From Candidatus Norongarragalina meridionalis (lineage in GTDB: Archaea > Micrarchaeota > Micrarchaeia > Norongarragalinales > Norongarragalinaceae), in the NCBI GenBank assembly GCA_902384935.1, contig CABMDO010000012.1:1-64000 (forward strand): 64,000 bases of DNA, given 5' to 3'. Positions 18,186 through 27,842 of the stretch are shown piece after piece (position 1 is the stretch's first letter; every line of letters begins with the position of its first letter). The position numbers were made by a program, and so were the translations under genes. Under the pieces are notes generated by a model that was not told the DNA's origin, made no database searches, and was given only the letters and a program-made list of their open reading frames with translations.

Positions 18186-18932
18186 TCAACCCGTTTCCAC
18201 GCGCGGCGCGAGGTAATACGATATCTTCGCCTTGCCCAACTCGTACGCGACGCGCACGGGCGAGTCGCTTTTGAGCTCCAAATGCACGATAGCGTCGTCG
18301 GGGCAAGCCTTCGTCATGTCGTCGAGGTATTCGAACGGGAACATCGCCGTCGCCTTCATGCCGCTCTTCAGCTCGGCGAGGTGCTTGGAGTCCTTCCGCG
18401 TCTCGACGCGCAAATCCCCGGAATCCCCGTGCGCCTCGATTACGAATTCGGAATCGTCAGCCTGAAGCACGACGTGCGATGAAAGCAGTCCCGCGTCGCG
18501 CAGCATATCCTTGAACGCGCCCGCGTTGATTTTGATGCTGGCGTCGTAAACTATCTTGGGTTCGCGCGGGAGCGCCGCGTTCGCCTCGAGCAGCGGAATC
18601 TTGAAGTGCCTCTTGGATTCCCCTACGAAATTGAGCGTGAGCTTGGAATCCTTTTCGTCGAGCTTTATGGTAAGGCTCTCGTCCGGGCGCGAGCGAGCGA
18701 GTATCTTCGCCAAATCCGCCAGATTCAGCGCTATGCTCCTCTTGTCCTCGGCTTCCACTTTCGAGAACGCTTCTTTGGGAAGCATGAAGTCCACCATCGC
18801 TATCTGCGACGGGTCCATCGTACGGAGATGCATGCCCGCGGCGCTCACCTCGAACGTGCCTTCGTTTACGATCGAAACGATAGCGTCGACGCACGACTTG
18901 AAGTATTTCGCATCCTGAATGACGAGTTCCAT
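18186..18932 (-). CDS. pcn: DNA polymerase sliding clamp PCNA
   Basis: 248 aa. MELVIQDAKYFKSCVDAIVSIVNEGTFEVSAAGMHLRTMDPSQIAMVDF matches the archaeal PCNA N-terminus. Two-domain length. Confidence 0.8.
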   Translation of the reverse strand: MELVIQDAKYFKSCVDAIVSIVNEGTFEVSAAGMHLRTMDPSQIAMVDFMLPKEAFSKVEAEDKRSIALNLADLAKILARSRPDESLTIKLDEKDSKLTLNFVGESKRHFKIPLLEANAALPREPKIVYDASIKINAGAFKDMLRDAGLLSSHVVLQADDSEFVIEAHGDSGDLRVETRKDSKHLAELKSGMKATAMFPFEYLDDMTKACPDDAIVHLELKSDSPVRVAYELGKAKISYYLAPRVETG

Positions 18933-18974
18933 CGAGAATCCCCCCTCTATCTCTTACGAGTCGATTAATTAATA

Positions 18975-20666
18975 TTACTTACTCGGCGGCGCAGGCACGA
19001 GGAAGTCCGTTTTCAAGCCCTCGTTGCCCGCGTTGTCCACCGCGCTCACCGCGTAGGACGCCGTCGGGTTCGGCGACTCTATTGTTTCCGTCCATTCCAG
19101 CGCCGTAGTTGTCGTCACGACAGCCGGCGTTCCCGCGCCGACGCGCTTGTAAACCTTGTAGTACGCCAGTCCGCTCGTAGCGTCCGAAACCGCGTCCCAT
19201 TTCAGGTAAACCGCGAATCTCGGCGCGGCAGGCGTCGGTGTAGGCGTGTCCGTGGGCGTAGGCGTCGTGTCTCCCTCCGACGCGGTATCGCCCGCCAGGC
19301 TCGCCTTCTTCATGAACACCGCCGTGAACCCCGTCGGCTTCGCCGGCGGCGTCTTGTCGAGTATTATCGTGTCGGTTGCGACGTCGCTGTTTCCGGCTGC
19401 GTTCCTGCACTGGTAATAAACCGTCTTCGTTCCGTCGGTTGAGTCGAGTCCCCAGTTCGGTATGTACGCCGTGTACGGCGCCCAGTCCGTGTAAGTGAGC
19501 CCGCTGTTGCTGTACCGCGCCTCGGCTGCGCCGACGGCGTTGAGCGAGAGCGACACCGACGTGCTTGTCGCGTACGTCGCGCCGTCGTTGATGCGCACCA
19601 TCAACCCGCCGGGCGGCGTGGTTGGCGGGGTTTCCTGCAGCATGATGTCGTCCGAAACAGTTGCGGAATATCCGTAGACGTTCCTGCACTGGTAGTATAC
19701 GCGCTTCTGCCCGGTTCCCGGCGGAAGCACCCAGTTGCGGTACGTCGAATACGCCTCCCACGAGGTGAAGAACGCCCCGTCGTCGCTGTACCTGCACGTT
19801 TCCGCGTTGGTGGCGGACATGCGCAGCACGACGTTGCGCGAATACGTGTACGGCGCGCCGTCGTTGATTGTCACGGAAAGCGCCGTCGGCGTCGTCGGGT
19901 AAATAGTCGGCGTTGCGGAGGGCGATGCGGACGGAGCAACGGTCGGCACGATAGTCGGAGTGGGCGTGACAGTTGGCCGCGGCGTGGGCGTCTCGCGCGT
20001 AATCGAATAGGAAATGCGCTCGGATTCTCCCGCGTTTCCGGTTTCGTCCGCGCACGCTATGCGCATCGAATGCTCGCCGACGCGCGAGGTAAGCGTTATG
20101 CTCTTCATCTGCCCGGACGTGACGGGCCCCGAGGCGACGTTCCTGTTGTCAAGCGTTATGCTGCAGTTCATCTTCCGTGCGAAATTATCCGTCGCAACGA
20201 ACGCAACGCCGACGTAGTTGGTGTCGTAGGAATCCCCGTCTGCGGGCGAGGATACGCTCACAACAGGCGCCTCGTCGTCGACTATGATGTCGTCCGTAGT
20301 CCTGCCGACGTATTCGCCCTTGGCGTCGTTGCATTCGTAGTATACCGTCTTAAGCCCGCTTCCCGGCGCAAGCGCCCACTTTTTAGTCGAGGCGAACCCT
20401 TCCCAGAGCGTCCAGCGCTCGCCGTCGTTGCTGTACCTGCACAGCACCGCGTCCGGCGCGTCGAGGCTCAGCGTTACCGTCCCGCCGAGTGCGTACTTGT
20501 CGCCGTTGTTTATCAGTATGTGCAGGTTGTTCGACGCTACCGCGGGCTTGGGCATGGTGGAAACATAGAATATCGCGATTGCCGCAACAGCTACGAGCGC
20601 GACCGCAACGAGCATCAGCGGCCCGCGCATTCCCTTTTCCGCCAACTCAACCGCCTCCCTTGACAA
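18975..20666 (-). CDS. membrane-anchored surface protein with 3 tandem ~95-aa domains plus a FN3-like C-terminus
   Basis: N-terminal TM LMLVAVALVAVAAIAIFYV. Repeated pattern Y(S)xxG..(T)xW(E)....W.L.pG(T)G.K.VYYqCrn.G in three copies. Thr/Pro-rich linker. Confidence 0.55.
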   Translation of the reverse strand: MSREAVELAEKGMRGPLMLVAVALVAVAAIAIFYVSTMPKPAVASNNLHILINNGDKYALGGTVTLSLDAPDAVLCRYSNDGERWTLWEGFASTKKWALAPGSGLKTVYYECNDAKGEYVGRTTDDIIVDDEAPVVSVSSPADGDSYDTNYVGVAFVATDNFARKMNCSITLDNRNVASGPVTSGQMKSITLTSRVGEHSMRIACADETGNAGESERISYSITRETPTPRPTVTPTPTIVPTVAPSASPSATPTIYPTTPTALSVTINDGAPYTYSRNVVLRMSATNAETCRYSDDGAFFTSWEAYSTYRNWVLPPGTGQKRVYYQCRNVYGYSATVSDDIMLQETPPTTPPGGLMVRINDGATYATSTSVSLSLNAVGAAEARYSNSGLTYTDWAPYTAYIPNWGLDSTDGTKTVYYQCRNAAGNSDVATDTIILDKTPPAKPTGFTAVFMKKASLAGDTASEGDTTPTPTDTPTPTPAAPRFAVYLKWDAVSDATSGLAYYKVYKRVGAGTPAVVTTTTALEWTETIESPNPTASYAVSAVDNAGNEGLKTDFLVPAPPSK

Positions 20667-21519
20667 GATAGCCGCAGCCCTGCGGCTCCTCGAACTGCAT
20701 AAAGAGGAAGAGCTTTAAGTATCCTACGTAGGGCACCCTCAGGAGCACCTTGCCTTTGACGTCCTTCTCCGCCACCAAGCGGATGCCGGACTGCTGGTCG
20801 AGGAAGCCGTTGTTGTCTCCCCGCGTGAGATAGTAGACGCCGTCGCTCGCCCTGATTTTCAGGAACGCGCGGTGGATTATCAGTCCGTAGTAGGCGGGCG
20901 TGGGTTCGTAGACGATTACGTCGTTGCTTTTGTTCAGGGCGTATGCCGTGCCCTGGAACGATACGCCATACGTGCAATACTCGTGGGAAACGCTCCCGTC
21001 GCGCGCCTGCACGTCGCAGGGCGTGATTTCATAATCGAGCAGCGGATTGCCTGCAATCGAAGGCATCGAGAACTTGTACGTGCGCGTGCCTTCGAAGGAA
21101 TTGACGAGGTAAGCCTTCTGCCCGTACGCGACGCCCGCAAGCGAGCCCGCGTACTGCGCTTCGGGAACGCGTATGTTCCCGCCCTGCAGGATTATCAGAT
21201 CCCCTCTCTCAAGAACGGGAAGCATGCTGCACGACGTGACGACGTTGATGGGCGAGGAAGTCTGCAGGACGAATCCGAGCAGGAACCATGCGGCTATGGC
21301 AGTAGCGAACGCGATTCCGAGCTCCCATGCCGATTGTTTCGCGCCTTTCGACGACTTGAACGTATCCTCGGTGAGAATCTCGAGGATTATCACCGCCACG
21401 ACGCAGGCGAACACGCCGAACGCGAACGGGACGAAGCCCGTCGCTACGTACGCCGCCAGAAAAAGAACGAGGCCGGCGAGCGCTATGTTGCTTTTAGTCC
21501 AGAGACTCTTCAGGTTCAT
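20647..21519 (-). CDS. signal peptidase I (S26B, Sec11-type)
   Basis: Ser box VVTSCSMLPVLERGDLIILQ and the conserved TRGDNNGFLD box, with N-terminal TMs. Confidence 0.6.
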   Translation of the reverse strand: MNLKSLWTKSNIALAGLVLFLAAYVATGFVPFAFGVFACVVAVIILEILTEDTFKSSKGAKQSAWELGIAFATAIAAWFLLGFVLQTSSPINVVTSCSMLPVLERGDLIILQGGNIRVPEAQYAGSLAGVAYGQKAYLVNSFEGTRTYKFSMPSIAGNPLLDYEITPCDVQARDGSVSHEYCTYGVSFQGTAYALNKSNDVIVYEPTPAYYGLIIHRAFLKIRASDGVYYLTRGDNNGFLDQQSGIRLVAEKDVKGKVLLRVPYVGYLKLFLFMQFEEPQGCGYLVKGGG

Positions 21520-21773
21520 TTGCCGAGCGCCTTGGCTGCCTTCCCGATTTCGTCGGAAACATCTGACAGCGCCTTCACGAGCTCCTTCTTCGGCTCGTCG
21601 CCCCTGATTTTGATGACGACGTTGCCCTTCAGCGGGTGGTCGTAGTCGGCGGCGGCGAACGTAACCGACTTGTTCTTGAGCAGTTTTTCGACTACCATGT
21701 TCGCGAGTCCGATGTCGAATCCCTCGAGCATCACGTGAAGCTCGCCCTTTTTGCTTTGAAGAACTTTCGCCAT
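21516..21773 (-). CDS. rpoL: DNA-directed RNA polymerase subunit L (Rpo11)
   Basis: MAKVLQSKKGELHVMLEGFDIGLANMVVEKLLKNKSVTFAAADYDHPLKGNVVIKIRGDEP matches the RpoL/Rpb11 pattern. The upstream part of the ORF is a different gene (nop10) in another frame. Confidence 0.6.
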   Translation of the reverse strand: MAKVLQSKKGELHVMLEGFDIGLANMVVEKLLKNKSVTFAAADYDHPLKGNVVIKIRGDEPKKELVKALSDVSDEIGKAAKALGK

Positions 21774-21778
21774 TCCTT

Positions 21779-21934
21779 TCACCCTCCGTACTTCATCTTG
21801 CGCCTGTATTTCGCGTACTTGTCCTCGAACGAGAACCTCGCGGGGTGGCATGTTTCCGTCGCCTCCCCGCATGAGCATTTTTCCTTCATCGTGTATTTTC
21901 CGCACGATGCGCAAGAGCGCATTTTGCCGCTCAT
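21779..21934 (-). CDS. nop10: H/ACA RNP protein Nop10
   Basis: MSGKMRSCASCGKYTMKEKCSCGEATETCHPARFSFEDKYAKYRRKMKYGG (zinc ribbon, PxRFSxEDKY). ATGA overlap with aIF2-alpha. Not in the ORF track. Confidence 0.6.
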   Translation of the reverse strand: MSGKMRSCASCGKYTMKEKCSCGEATETCHPARFSFEDKYAKYRRKMKYGG

Positions 21935-22671
21935 TTCTTAGCCCTCTCCATCGAGTATTCGATGTTCTTCACCGCCGACAGCTTCGTTTCGACCGCGTCA
22001 AGCGCCTTCTCCGCGGTTTTGTAGTCGCCCGCGGTTACCGTCAGATAATACTGCGGCGCGCCGACGTAGTGAACGGTGACGCCCGATTTCGAGATTTCGC
22101 CGAGCACCTTCTTGAGCTCGCCGATTCCGTCCGCGGCGTAGGACTGCAGATTAAGCGTGGCGCGCACCTCTACCTTCTTCGGTTTTATCTCCTGCTTCGC
22201 AACTTCTTCGAGCGCCGACGCCCAGGGCTTTCCGTGCTTCTCGAAAGCCGCTCCCTCGGCTATCGCCTCGAACGCCTCGTAAAGCGTGCCGTATTCCGCG
22301 ACGAGCGCAGCTTCGACGTCCTTGGCCTGCGCAGCGGTTTTTCCGGCTTTCAATGCGGCGCGCTCGAACAGCTTCGTCCCGCGCTTCGCGCTCTTGTAAT
22401 CCTGAAGCTTCTTCTTCCGTTCGCCCTCGCTGACGCGCTTTATGCTCGCGTCAATCTGGTTCTTCTCGGGTTCGAGGCGGATTATTTTCGCGACTACCTT
22501 CTGCCCCATCTTCAGGTGCTCGCTGACGTTGCGGCACCAGCCGCTGGATACTTCGGAGATGTGGATGAACGCGTCCGCGGTGGGGTATTCGTCGAGCGAA
22601 ATCACCGCGCCGTACGGGAAAATCCGCTTTACAGTCGCGATGACGAGTTCGTTGAGCTGCGGCGTCGGCAT
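21931..22671 (-). CDS. eif2a: translation initiation factor 2 subunit alpha
   Basis: S1 domain ELVIATVKRIFPYGAVISLDEY...ISEVSSGW plus the alpha-helical and C-terminal domains. 246 aa. Conserved eif2a-nop10 adjacency. Confidence 0.8.
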   Translation of the reverse strand: MPTPQLNELVIATVKRIFPYGAVISLDEYPTADAFIHISEVSSGWCRNVSEHLKMGQKVVAKIIRLEPEKNQIDASIKRVSEGERKKKLQDYKSAKRGTKLFERAALKAGKTAAQAKDVEAALVAEYGTLYEAFEAIAEGAAFEKHGKPWASALEEVAKQEIKPKKVEVRATLNLQSYAADGIGELKKVLGEISKSGVTVHYVGAPQYYLTVTAGDYKTAEKALDAVETKLSAVKNIEYSMERAKK

Positions 22672-23222
22672 TATTTTTTCACTTTCCGCACAATCGCGTC
22701 GGCGACGCCCTTGGCGTCGAGCCGTTCCGCGTCAATCGTTATCGTTCCCCTCGGTTTTTTCCGCACGTCTATTCCGTACAGCTTCTTGTACCGGGCGGCA
22801 TTGTTCTTGTCGCGCAAAGCCGTTTCCCTCAATGCCTGGCTGAACGGCTTTTTCTCCCGTTTCGCGACGCGCTTCGCGCGAACGCGCAGCGGAACCTCGA
22901 GCCAGAATTTCGCGTCGATTTTCACGCGCTTCTTCAGCTTTTTCGCAACCGCGCCGTCGAGCCATACCGCGAGCCTCGAGCCTACGATGCACTGCTTCGC
23001 CTTCGCGACGCGTGCAACCTGCTTCCCGTCCAGGAGCAAATCCCATTTGGGAAACTCGCGCTCGATTTTGTCGAACTGCAGTTTCGAGAACGGAATGCCC
23101 CGCTCTCGGGCGAGGTCGTGGAACGTGTAGTTTATGCGCTTGAGCCTGAGACGCCCCGCGACGATCTTCGTAACCGTCGTGGCACCGCATCCGGTCATCC
23201 CGGAGACGGCGACGCGCATCAT
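22671..23222 (-). CDS. cmk: putative cytidylate kinase (archaeal type)
   Basis: MRVAVSGMTGCGATTVTKIVAGRL... with an NMP-kinase-like layout. Start set where the upstream L34e stop overlaps (ATGA). P-loop is atypical (Ala at the Lys position). Confidence 0.45.
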   Translation of the reverse strand: MMRVAVSGMTGCGATTVTKIVAGRLRLKRINYTFHDLARERGIPFSKLQFDKIEREFPKWDLLLDGKQVARVAKAKQCIVGSRLAVWLDGAVAKKLKKRVKIDAKFWLEVPLRVRAKRVAKREKKPFSQALRETALRDKNNAARYKKLYGIDVRKKPRGTITIDAERLDAKGVADAIVRKVKK

Positions 23223-23545
23223 TTCCTCTCCAGCGCCCTTATGTAGTAAAGGTGCGTCAGCGGCACGTCCTGTTCCTTCAGGAATCCCGCCTGCATCCGC
23301 GTGCGCTCCTTCATGAGAATCATGACGCACTGCGGACAGACGACGCCTCCGAAAACGCGCTCAGGGCGCTTCTGCGTCTTCTTCGAAGCCTTCGGGTTCA
23401 TGCCGTGGAGTCCGCCTCCGCACAGCGCGCAAAGGCGCTTCGCGGGCTTCTCCTCCTTCGGCTTGAACGTAGTGCGTCCGCCCGGGCTCTTCCGCATCCT
23501 TTTCTTTATCTTGCGTTGTTTAGGTGCAACCATCTTATGCATCAA
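23219..23545 (-). CDS. rpl34e: ribosomal protein L34e
   Basis: RKSPGGRTTFKPKEEKPAKRLCALCGGGLHG...RVFGGVVCPQCV (C4 zinc ribbon, L34e pattern). Confidence 0.7.
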   Translation of the reverse strand: MMHKMVAPKQRKIKKRMRKSPGGRTTFKPKEEKPAKRLCALCGGGLHGMNPKASKKTQKRPERVFGGVVCPQCVMILMKERTRMQAGFLKEQDVPLTHLYYIRALERK

Positions 23546-23554
23546 CCCTCTCTA

Positions 23555-24049
23555 TTATTGCCCACGCGCCTTTTTAATCCATCCCTCGAGGCGCGGCTGA
23601 AGCGCCTGTATGACGAGTCCGCTGACAAGCGCGGAGTATATGAGCATGCCCCTGCCGCCTAGGTAGTTCTTCCACGGCTGCCAGAACGCTATCGAGGAAG
23701 GCACGGAGAACGGCATGTTCGCCCACAGGAAGTTCGGGTACCACGCGGGAATCACCACGTAAAGCGCGAAAAGGAACACCGGAAGCACGACTATCATGGT
23801 GCGGAACGGAAGGAACGCCATCGCCTGTATCTTCTTCATCATCTCGTCTTCGCGTTCCATCAGCTTTTTCACGCGCACCTCGTCCTTCTTCTCGTTCGCC
23901 TCCTTCAGCTCCTTCTGCCATTCGTTTACGTCCTTCTGGATTTCCTTGAGCTGCTTCTGCCCGCCGAACCTGTTGGAAAGATAGTTGGAGATGATGGACA
24001 TGACGAAGGCTAGGATGAATATCTCCAGCGCGTCGTTGCCGATGAACAT
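23555..24049 (-). CDS. DUF106 / YidC-Oxa1-like membrane insertase homolog
   Basis: 3 TM plus the coiled-coil loop KEIQKDVNEWQKELKEANEKKDEVRVKKLMEREDEMMKKIQAM, typical of archaeal DUF106 (Mj0480-like). Confidence 0.6.
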   Translation of the reverse strand: MFIGNDALEIFILAFVMSIISNYLSNRFGGQKQLKEIQKDVNEWQKELKEANEKKDEVRVKKLMEREDEMMKKIQAMAFLPFRTMIVVLPVFLFALYVVIPAWYPNFLWANMPFSVPSSIAFWQPWKNYLGGRGMLIYSALVSGLVIQALQPRLEGWIKKARGQ

Positions 24050-24204
24050 GCGACTGAATCCCCGAATAGGTTTAAGAAACGCCGCCGCGGATTATAAGCC
24101 TTCCGAACCCGCCGCGGGTGTCTAGAACCCTGCGAACTCCTTCGGAACCGCGGAGAGGGCTTCGCCCCCTCCCCAGTTCAACGGTTTTCCTGACCCTCCC
24201 CCTG

Positions 24205-25419
24205 TCAGAACCCTGCGAACTCCTTGATGCGCTTCATTCCTTCCTTCAAATCGTCCATGGAGCTCACGAGGCTGAGGCGAATGTGGTCCTTTCCCGACGG
24301 TCCAAAGGCGGGTCCCGGCAAACAAACGACTCCCTTCTCCTGCAGGAGCGCGTTGCACAAATCGAGCTCGCTCTTGAATCCGCGAGCGTCCATGATTTTG
24401 CGTATGTTCGGGTAGGCGTAGAACGAACCGCCGGGAAGCGCGCAATAGCATCCCATGTCCTTGAACGCATTCACCGCGTAGTCGCGGCGCGCCCTGTATT
24501 CGGCTTTCATCTTCGCTACTTCTCCCTGCGGGCCGCGTACCGCCTCGATGCCCGCGTACTGCGTGAATTCGGCTGTGCAGGAGGCGATGTTGCCTATCAT
24601 TTTTCCGACAGTCGGAGCGAGATGCTTCGGCAGAACCATCCACCCGAGCCTCCAGCCGGTCATCGCCCACGTCTTCGACGCGCCGTGCACCAGAACCGTG
24701 CGCTCCATCATGCCGGGGCGCGAAAGAATGCTGGTGTGCTCGCCTTCGAAAACGAAGTCGTCGTATATTTCGTCGGAAACAACCAGCATGTCGTGCTTTT
24801 TCGCGAGTTCCTCGACGACGTCCCAGTCCTCCTTCTTCAGTATCCCGCCCGTGGGGTTTGAAGGCGAAATCGTGAGCAGCACCTTGTCCATTCCGGCGGG
24901 AACGCTTTCCACGACTTGGCGCAGGACGTTGACGTCGTAGCGCCAGTCGTTCCTTTCCTCCATCGGTACGCGGTATATCTTCGCGCCGTAGTATTTCGCG
25001 TTGTCTATGTACGGCCCGTATCCCGGATCCGGCATTATCAGCGCGGTGTTCGGCTTGGTGTGGTCGATTATAACCTGGAAAAGCGCGTTGATGAGCGGCT
25101 TCGCTCCCGGGCCGATTACCACGCAATCCGGGTCTATGGTTATGCTGCGCTTCTTTCCGAGGTATTCCGCAACTGCTTCGCGAAGCTCGCGTATGCCGTT
25201 GGACGGCGTGTACTTCGTTTTCCCTGCATGAAGCGCCTTCACCGCCGCATCGACGATGTTGTCGGGAGTTCGGAAGTCGGGTTCGCCGATTTCGAAATGA
25301 ATCGCCTTCTTTCCCGTCTGGCGCTCCCATTCGCGCGCCTTGCCCAGCCAGATGAACGCTCCTTCTCCAGCGAGTTCCTTCGCACTCGGATTCGCATCAA
25401 TCATCAGAACACACCCCAC
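24205..25419 (-). CDS. aspC: class I/II PLP aminotransferase (aspartate aminotransferase-like)
   Basis: HGASKTWAMTGWRLGW (PLP Lys motif), SPSNPTGG, 404 aa. Confidence 0.8.
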   Translation of the reverse strand: MGCVLMIDANPSAKELAGEGAFIWLGKAREWERQTGKKAIHFEIGEPDFRTPDNIVDAAVKALHAGKTKYTPSNGIRELREAVAEYLGKKRSITIDPDCVVIGPGAKPLINALFQVIIDHTKPNTALIMPDPGYGPYIDNAKYYGAKIYRVPMEERNDWRYDVNVLRQVVESVPAGMDKVLLTISPSNPTGGILKKEDWDVVEELAKKHDMLVVSDEIYDDFVFEGEHTSILSRPGMMERTVLVHGASKTWAMTGWRLGWMVLPKHLAPTVGKMIGNIASCTAEFTQYAGIEAVRGPQGEVAKMKAEYRARRDYAVNAFKDMGCYCALPGGSFYAYPNIRKIMDARGFKSELDLCNALLQEKGVVCLPGPAFGPSGKDHIRLSLVSSMDDLKEGMKRIKEFAGF

Positions 25420-25535
25420 TAGACGACGCAGTCCAATTTTTTAAATCCCCGTCAATAGGACGTTTTAGCTGCCCTGTCTTTATTTTTAGAAAAAAGGGGG
25501 CGATGGCTCCGCCAAAGCAGGCGCACCTTTCCAAC

Positions 25536-26429
25536 TCAGCTTCGCTTTTCGTCGGCGCCCTGCTTCTTTTTCTGCGCTTCCTTCGCCATGGAAGCGACGC
25601 CCATAATGCCGCCCAGCCCCATGGTTTCGACCGCGGTTGACGGCACGATGACGAGCGCACCCTTCTCCTTCAAGCCCTCGTAAAGCATGTTCATCGCTCG
25701 CAAGTGCAGGGCTGCGGGGTCGCCGGCGTAGATTTTCGCCGCATCCTTGAACTTCTGCGCGATTTGCAGTTCGGACTCGCCGAGGATTACCCTGGCCTGC
25801 CTCTCGCGTTCCGCCTGCGCCTGCCTGCTCATTGCGTCCTGCAGGTCCTGCGGAATGATTACGTCGCGGATTTCCACGCTCGACACCTGGATGCCCCACG
25901 GTTCGGTGCGCATGTCGATGACCTTCTTCAGGTCCGCGTCGAGCCTGTCGCGGTTCCCGAGCATTTCCGCGAGCAGGGTCCTGCCGATGATTTCACGCAA
26001 CGCGGTTTGCGAGGACCAGTTCACCGCCTCAGCGTAATTCTCCACCTCGAGCGCGGCCTTCTGCGGGTTGACCACCTTCCAGAACAGCACCGCGTCCACA
26101 TTTACGGGCACGGTGTCCTTTGTGAGCGTCTGCTCCGCCGTGAAGGTGGTCGTGATGGTGCGCAAGTCAATCCAATAAGCCGCCGAGTCGATGATGGGAA
26201 TGATGAAGAACAGGCCCGGTCCCCTCACACCCGAGAACCTTCCCAGGCGCAGGATGATCGCGCGCTCCCATTGGTCGGCGATTTTCGCCGAGTAGGCGAC
26301 GAGCAGCGCCACGAGGACGCCGGCTGCGAGCACGCTGGAGCCGAGGACGGTGCTGGCCGCCCAGGATGCGCCCGCTATCACGCAGAACAAAAGAACTGAA
26401 ACCGCATTAACAGAAGACACGCCATCCAC
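25536..26429 (-). CDS. SPFH/band-7 (stomatin/prohibitin-like) protein
   Basis: N-terminal TM, PVNVDAVLFWKVVNPQKA, and a coiled-coil E/Q/R-rich C-terminus. Confidence 0.7.
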   Translation of the reverse strand: MDGVSSVNAVSVLLFCVIAGASWAASTVLGSSVLAAGVLVALLVAYSAKIADQWERAIILRLGRFSGVRGPGLFFIIPIIDSAAYWIDLRTITTTFTAEQTLTKDTVPVNVDAVLFWKVVNPQKAALEVENYAEAVNWSSQTALREIIGRTLLAEMLGNRDRLDADLKKVIDMRTEPWGIQVSSVEIRDVIIPQDLQDAMSRQAQAERERQARVILGESELQIAQKFKDAAKIYAGDPAALHLRAMNMLYEGLKEKGALVIVPSTAVETMGLGGIMGVASMAKEAQKKKQGADEKRS

Positions 26430-26540
26430 CCCGAATAGCCTAGGCTTTGCGCTTTAATAAATGCGCCGCAGTTGACCGTCGAATCGAGTAGGCTCGCATC
26501 TCGTGAAATCCTTTTTTAATTCCCGTGCGCTTACGTTTTC

Positions 26541-27179
26541 GTGCTCGAACTTCTCCTTAAGGTGACTGCGCTCGGCATCGCGTCAACCGCGTCGCCCGGG
26601 ATACTCGCGGTTTCGCTGTCGATTCTCGCGTCGCGGATGGAATCGGTGAGAAGGCTCGCCGCGCTTCTGGCCGGCGGAGTCCTCGCCGTGCTGCTCATAG
26701 CCCTTGCCGGTTCTCAGGCGTGGGGCGGCTCGCTGAAATTCACGGACGCGCTGATTCCCTATACGGACCTGCTGAGCATGGTGCTCGGCACGCTTTTCAT
26801 CGCAGTCGGACTTTACGAGCTCGTCCACCGCGACGCCGAAAACAAGCAGAGGTTCGCGGTGAAAAAGCTTTGGCGGCTTTTCGTTATCGGCTTCCTGATA
26901 AACATAACGAACTTCGACGCCGTGCTGCTGAACCTCGCGGCGGTGCGTCAAATCGCGTCGGCGGGACTAGGCTTCCTGCTGGAAAACGCCTACATAGTCT
27001 ACGCGGATATGTTCTACCTCGCGCCGTCGCTTTTGCCGCTTGCAGTTTACGTGATAGCGCCCGAACGCGCCGAACGCACGCTCGAACCCATCGGAATTGC
27101 GATGAGGAAATACGGCAGATTCATAGTCGCCGCCGTATTCCTCGTGTTCGGCGCGCTGATTCTGCTCAGGATGTCGTAG
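26541..27179 (+). CDS. hypothetical polytopic membrane protein
   Basis: 212 aa with ~6 hydrophobic helices. No catalytic motif recognised. Confidence 0.35.
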   Translation: MLELLLKVTALGIASTASPGILAVSLSILASRMESVRRLAALLAGGVLAVLLIALAGSQAWGGSLKFTDALIPYTDLLSMVLGTLFIAVGLYELVHRDAENKQRFAVKKLWRLFVIGFLINITNFDAVLLNLAAVRQIASAGLGFLLENAYIVYADMFYLAPSLLPLAVYVIAPERAERTLEPIGIAMRKYGRFIVAAVFLVFGALILLRMS

Positions 27180-27198
27180 CTTCCGCTGCACGGAATCG

Positions 27199-27212
27199 TT
27201 TGTTTTAAATAT
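27199..27212 (+). promoter_or_regulatory. archaeal BRE/TATA-like promoter motif GTTTTAAATATCC
   Basis: tgttttaaatatcc lies ~40 nt upstream of the ATG at 27243. The same 13-mer recurs at ~46521. Confidence 0.5.
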
Positions 27213-27242
27213 CCCCGTTGAGTGCGATTTTTGGTGGTAAAT

Positions 27243-27842
27243 ATGGCGGATCCGAAGCTGAAGTTGCTGACCGACAAGGACAGCGTGCTGTTGCTGGTCG
27301 ATTACCAGCCCGCGATGTTCAAAGGCGTGGAGTCGGGAAACAGGACTAAAATCCGGAATTGCGTCATTGCCGCGGCGAAAGCCGCGAAGATACTCGGCGT
27401 CCCCGTCGTGCTGACCACAATCGGACCGAAACTTAACGGCGATTGCATCAAGGAAGTCACCGAACTGTTTCCGGGGCAGGAAGTCTATGCGCGCACGATG
27501 CCGAGCTTCGATGCGTTCGAAGATGCGCGCGTTTTGGAAGCGGTGAAAAAAACCGGGCGCAAGCGCGTCGTAATCTCGGGATTGTGGACGAGCATGTGCT
27601 TCGCCTACACCGCGATTCACGGAATTCGCGAGGGATTCGAGGTTTACGGGCTTATCGACGCCGCGGGAGACGCCTCCAAGGACGCGCACAAATACGGGAT
27701 AAAACGCATGCTCCAGGTCGGAGTCGTGCCCATAACGCTGATTTCACTCGTATCCGAGTGGATGCACGATTGGGGAAACCCCAAGGCGGGCGAGCTCATC
27801 AAGGAAGTCTACTCGAAGTACGAAGCGATGCTGGGTATGTAA
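27243..27842 (+). CDS. isochorismatase-family cysteine hydrolase
   Basis: MADPKLKLLTDKDSVLLLVDYQPAMF...VLTT...CFAYT pattern (D-K-C triad positions) of isochorismatase/CSHase. Confidence 0.65.
   Translation: MADPKLKLLTDKDSVLLLVDYQPAMFKGVESGNRTKIRNCVIAAAKAAKILGVPVVLTTIGPKLNGDCIKEVTELFPGQEVYARTMPSFDAFEDARVLEAVKKTGRKRVVISGLWTSMCFAYTAIHGIREGFEVYGLIDAAGDASKDAHKYGIKRMLQVGVVPITLISLVSEWMHDWGNPKAGELIKEVYSKYEAMLGM

Noticed and set aside
22671-23222. Atypical P-loop (GMTGCGATT, Ala instead of Lys) in the putative cytidylate kinase as a sign of pseudogenisation
   Set aside because: The ORF is intact and syntenic (overlapping rpl34e by ATGA). Archaeal-type NMP kinases often have divergent P-loops, so the evidence is insufficient.
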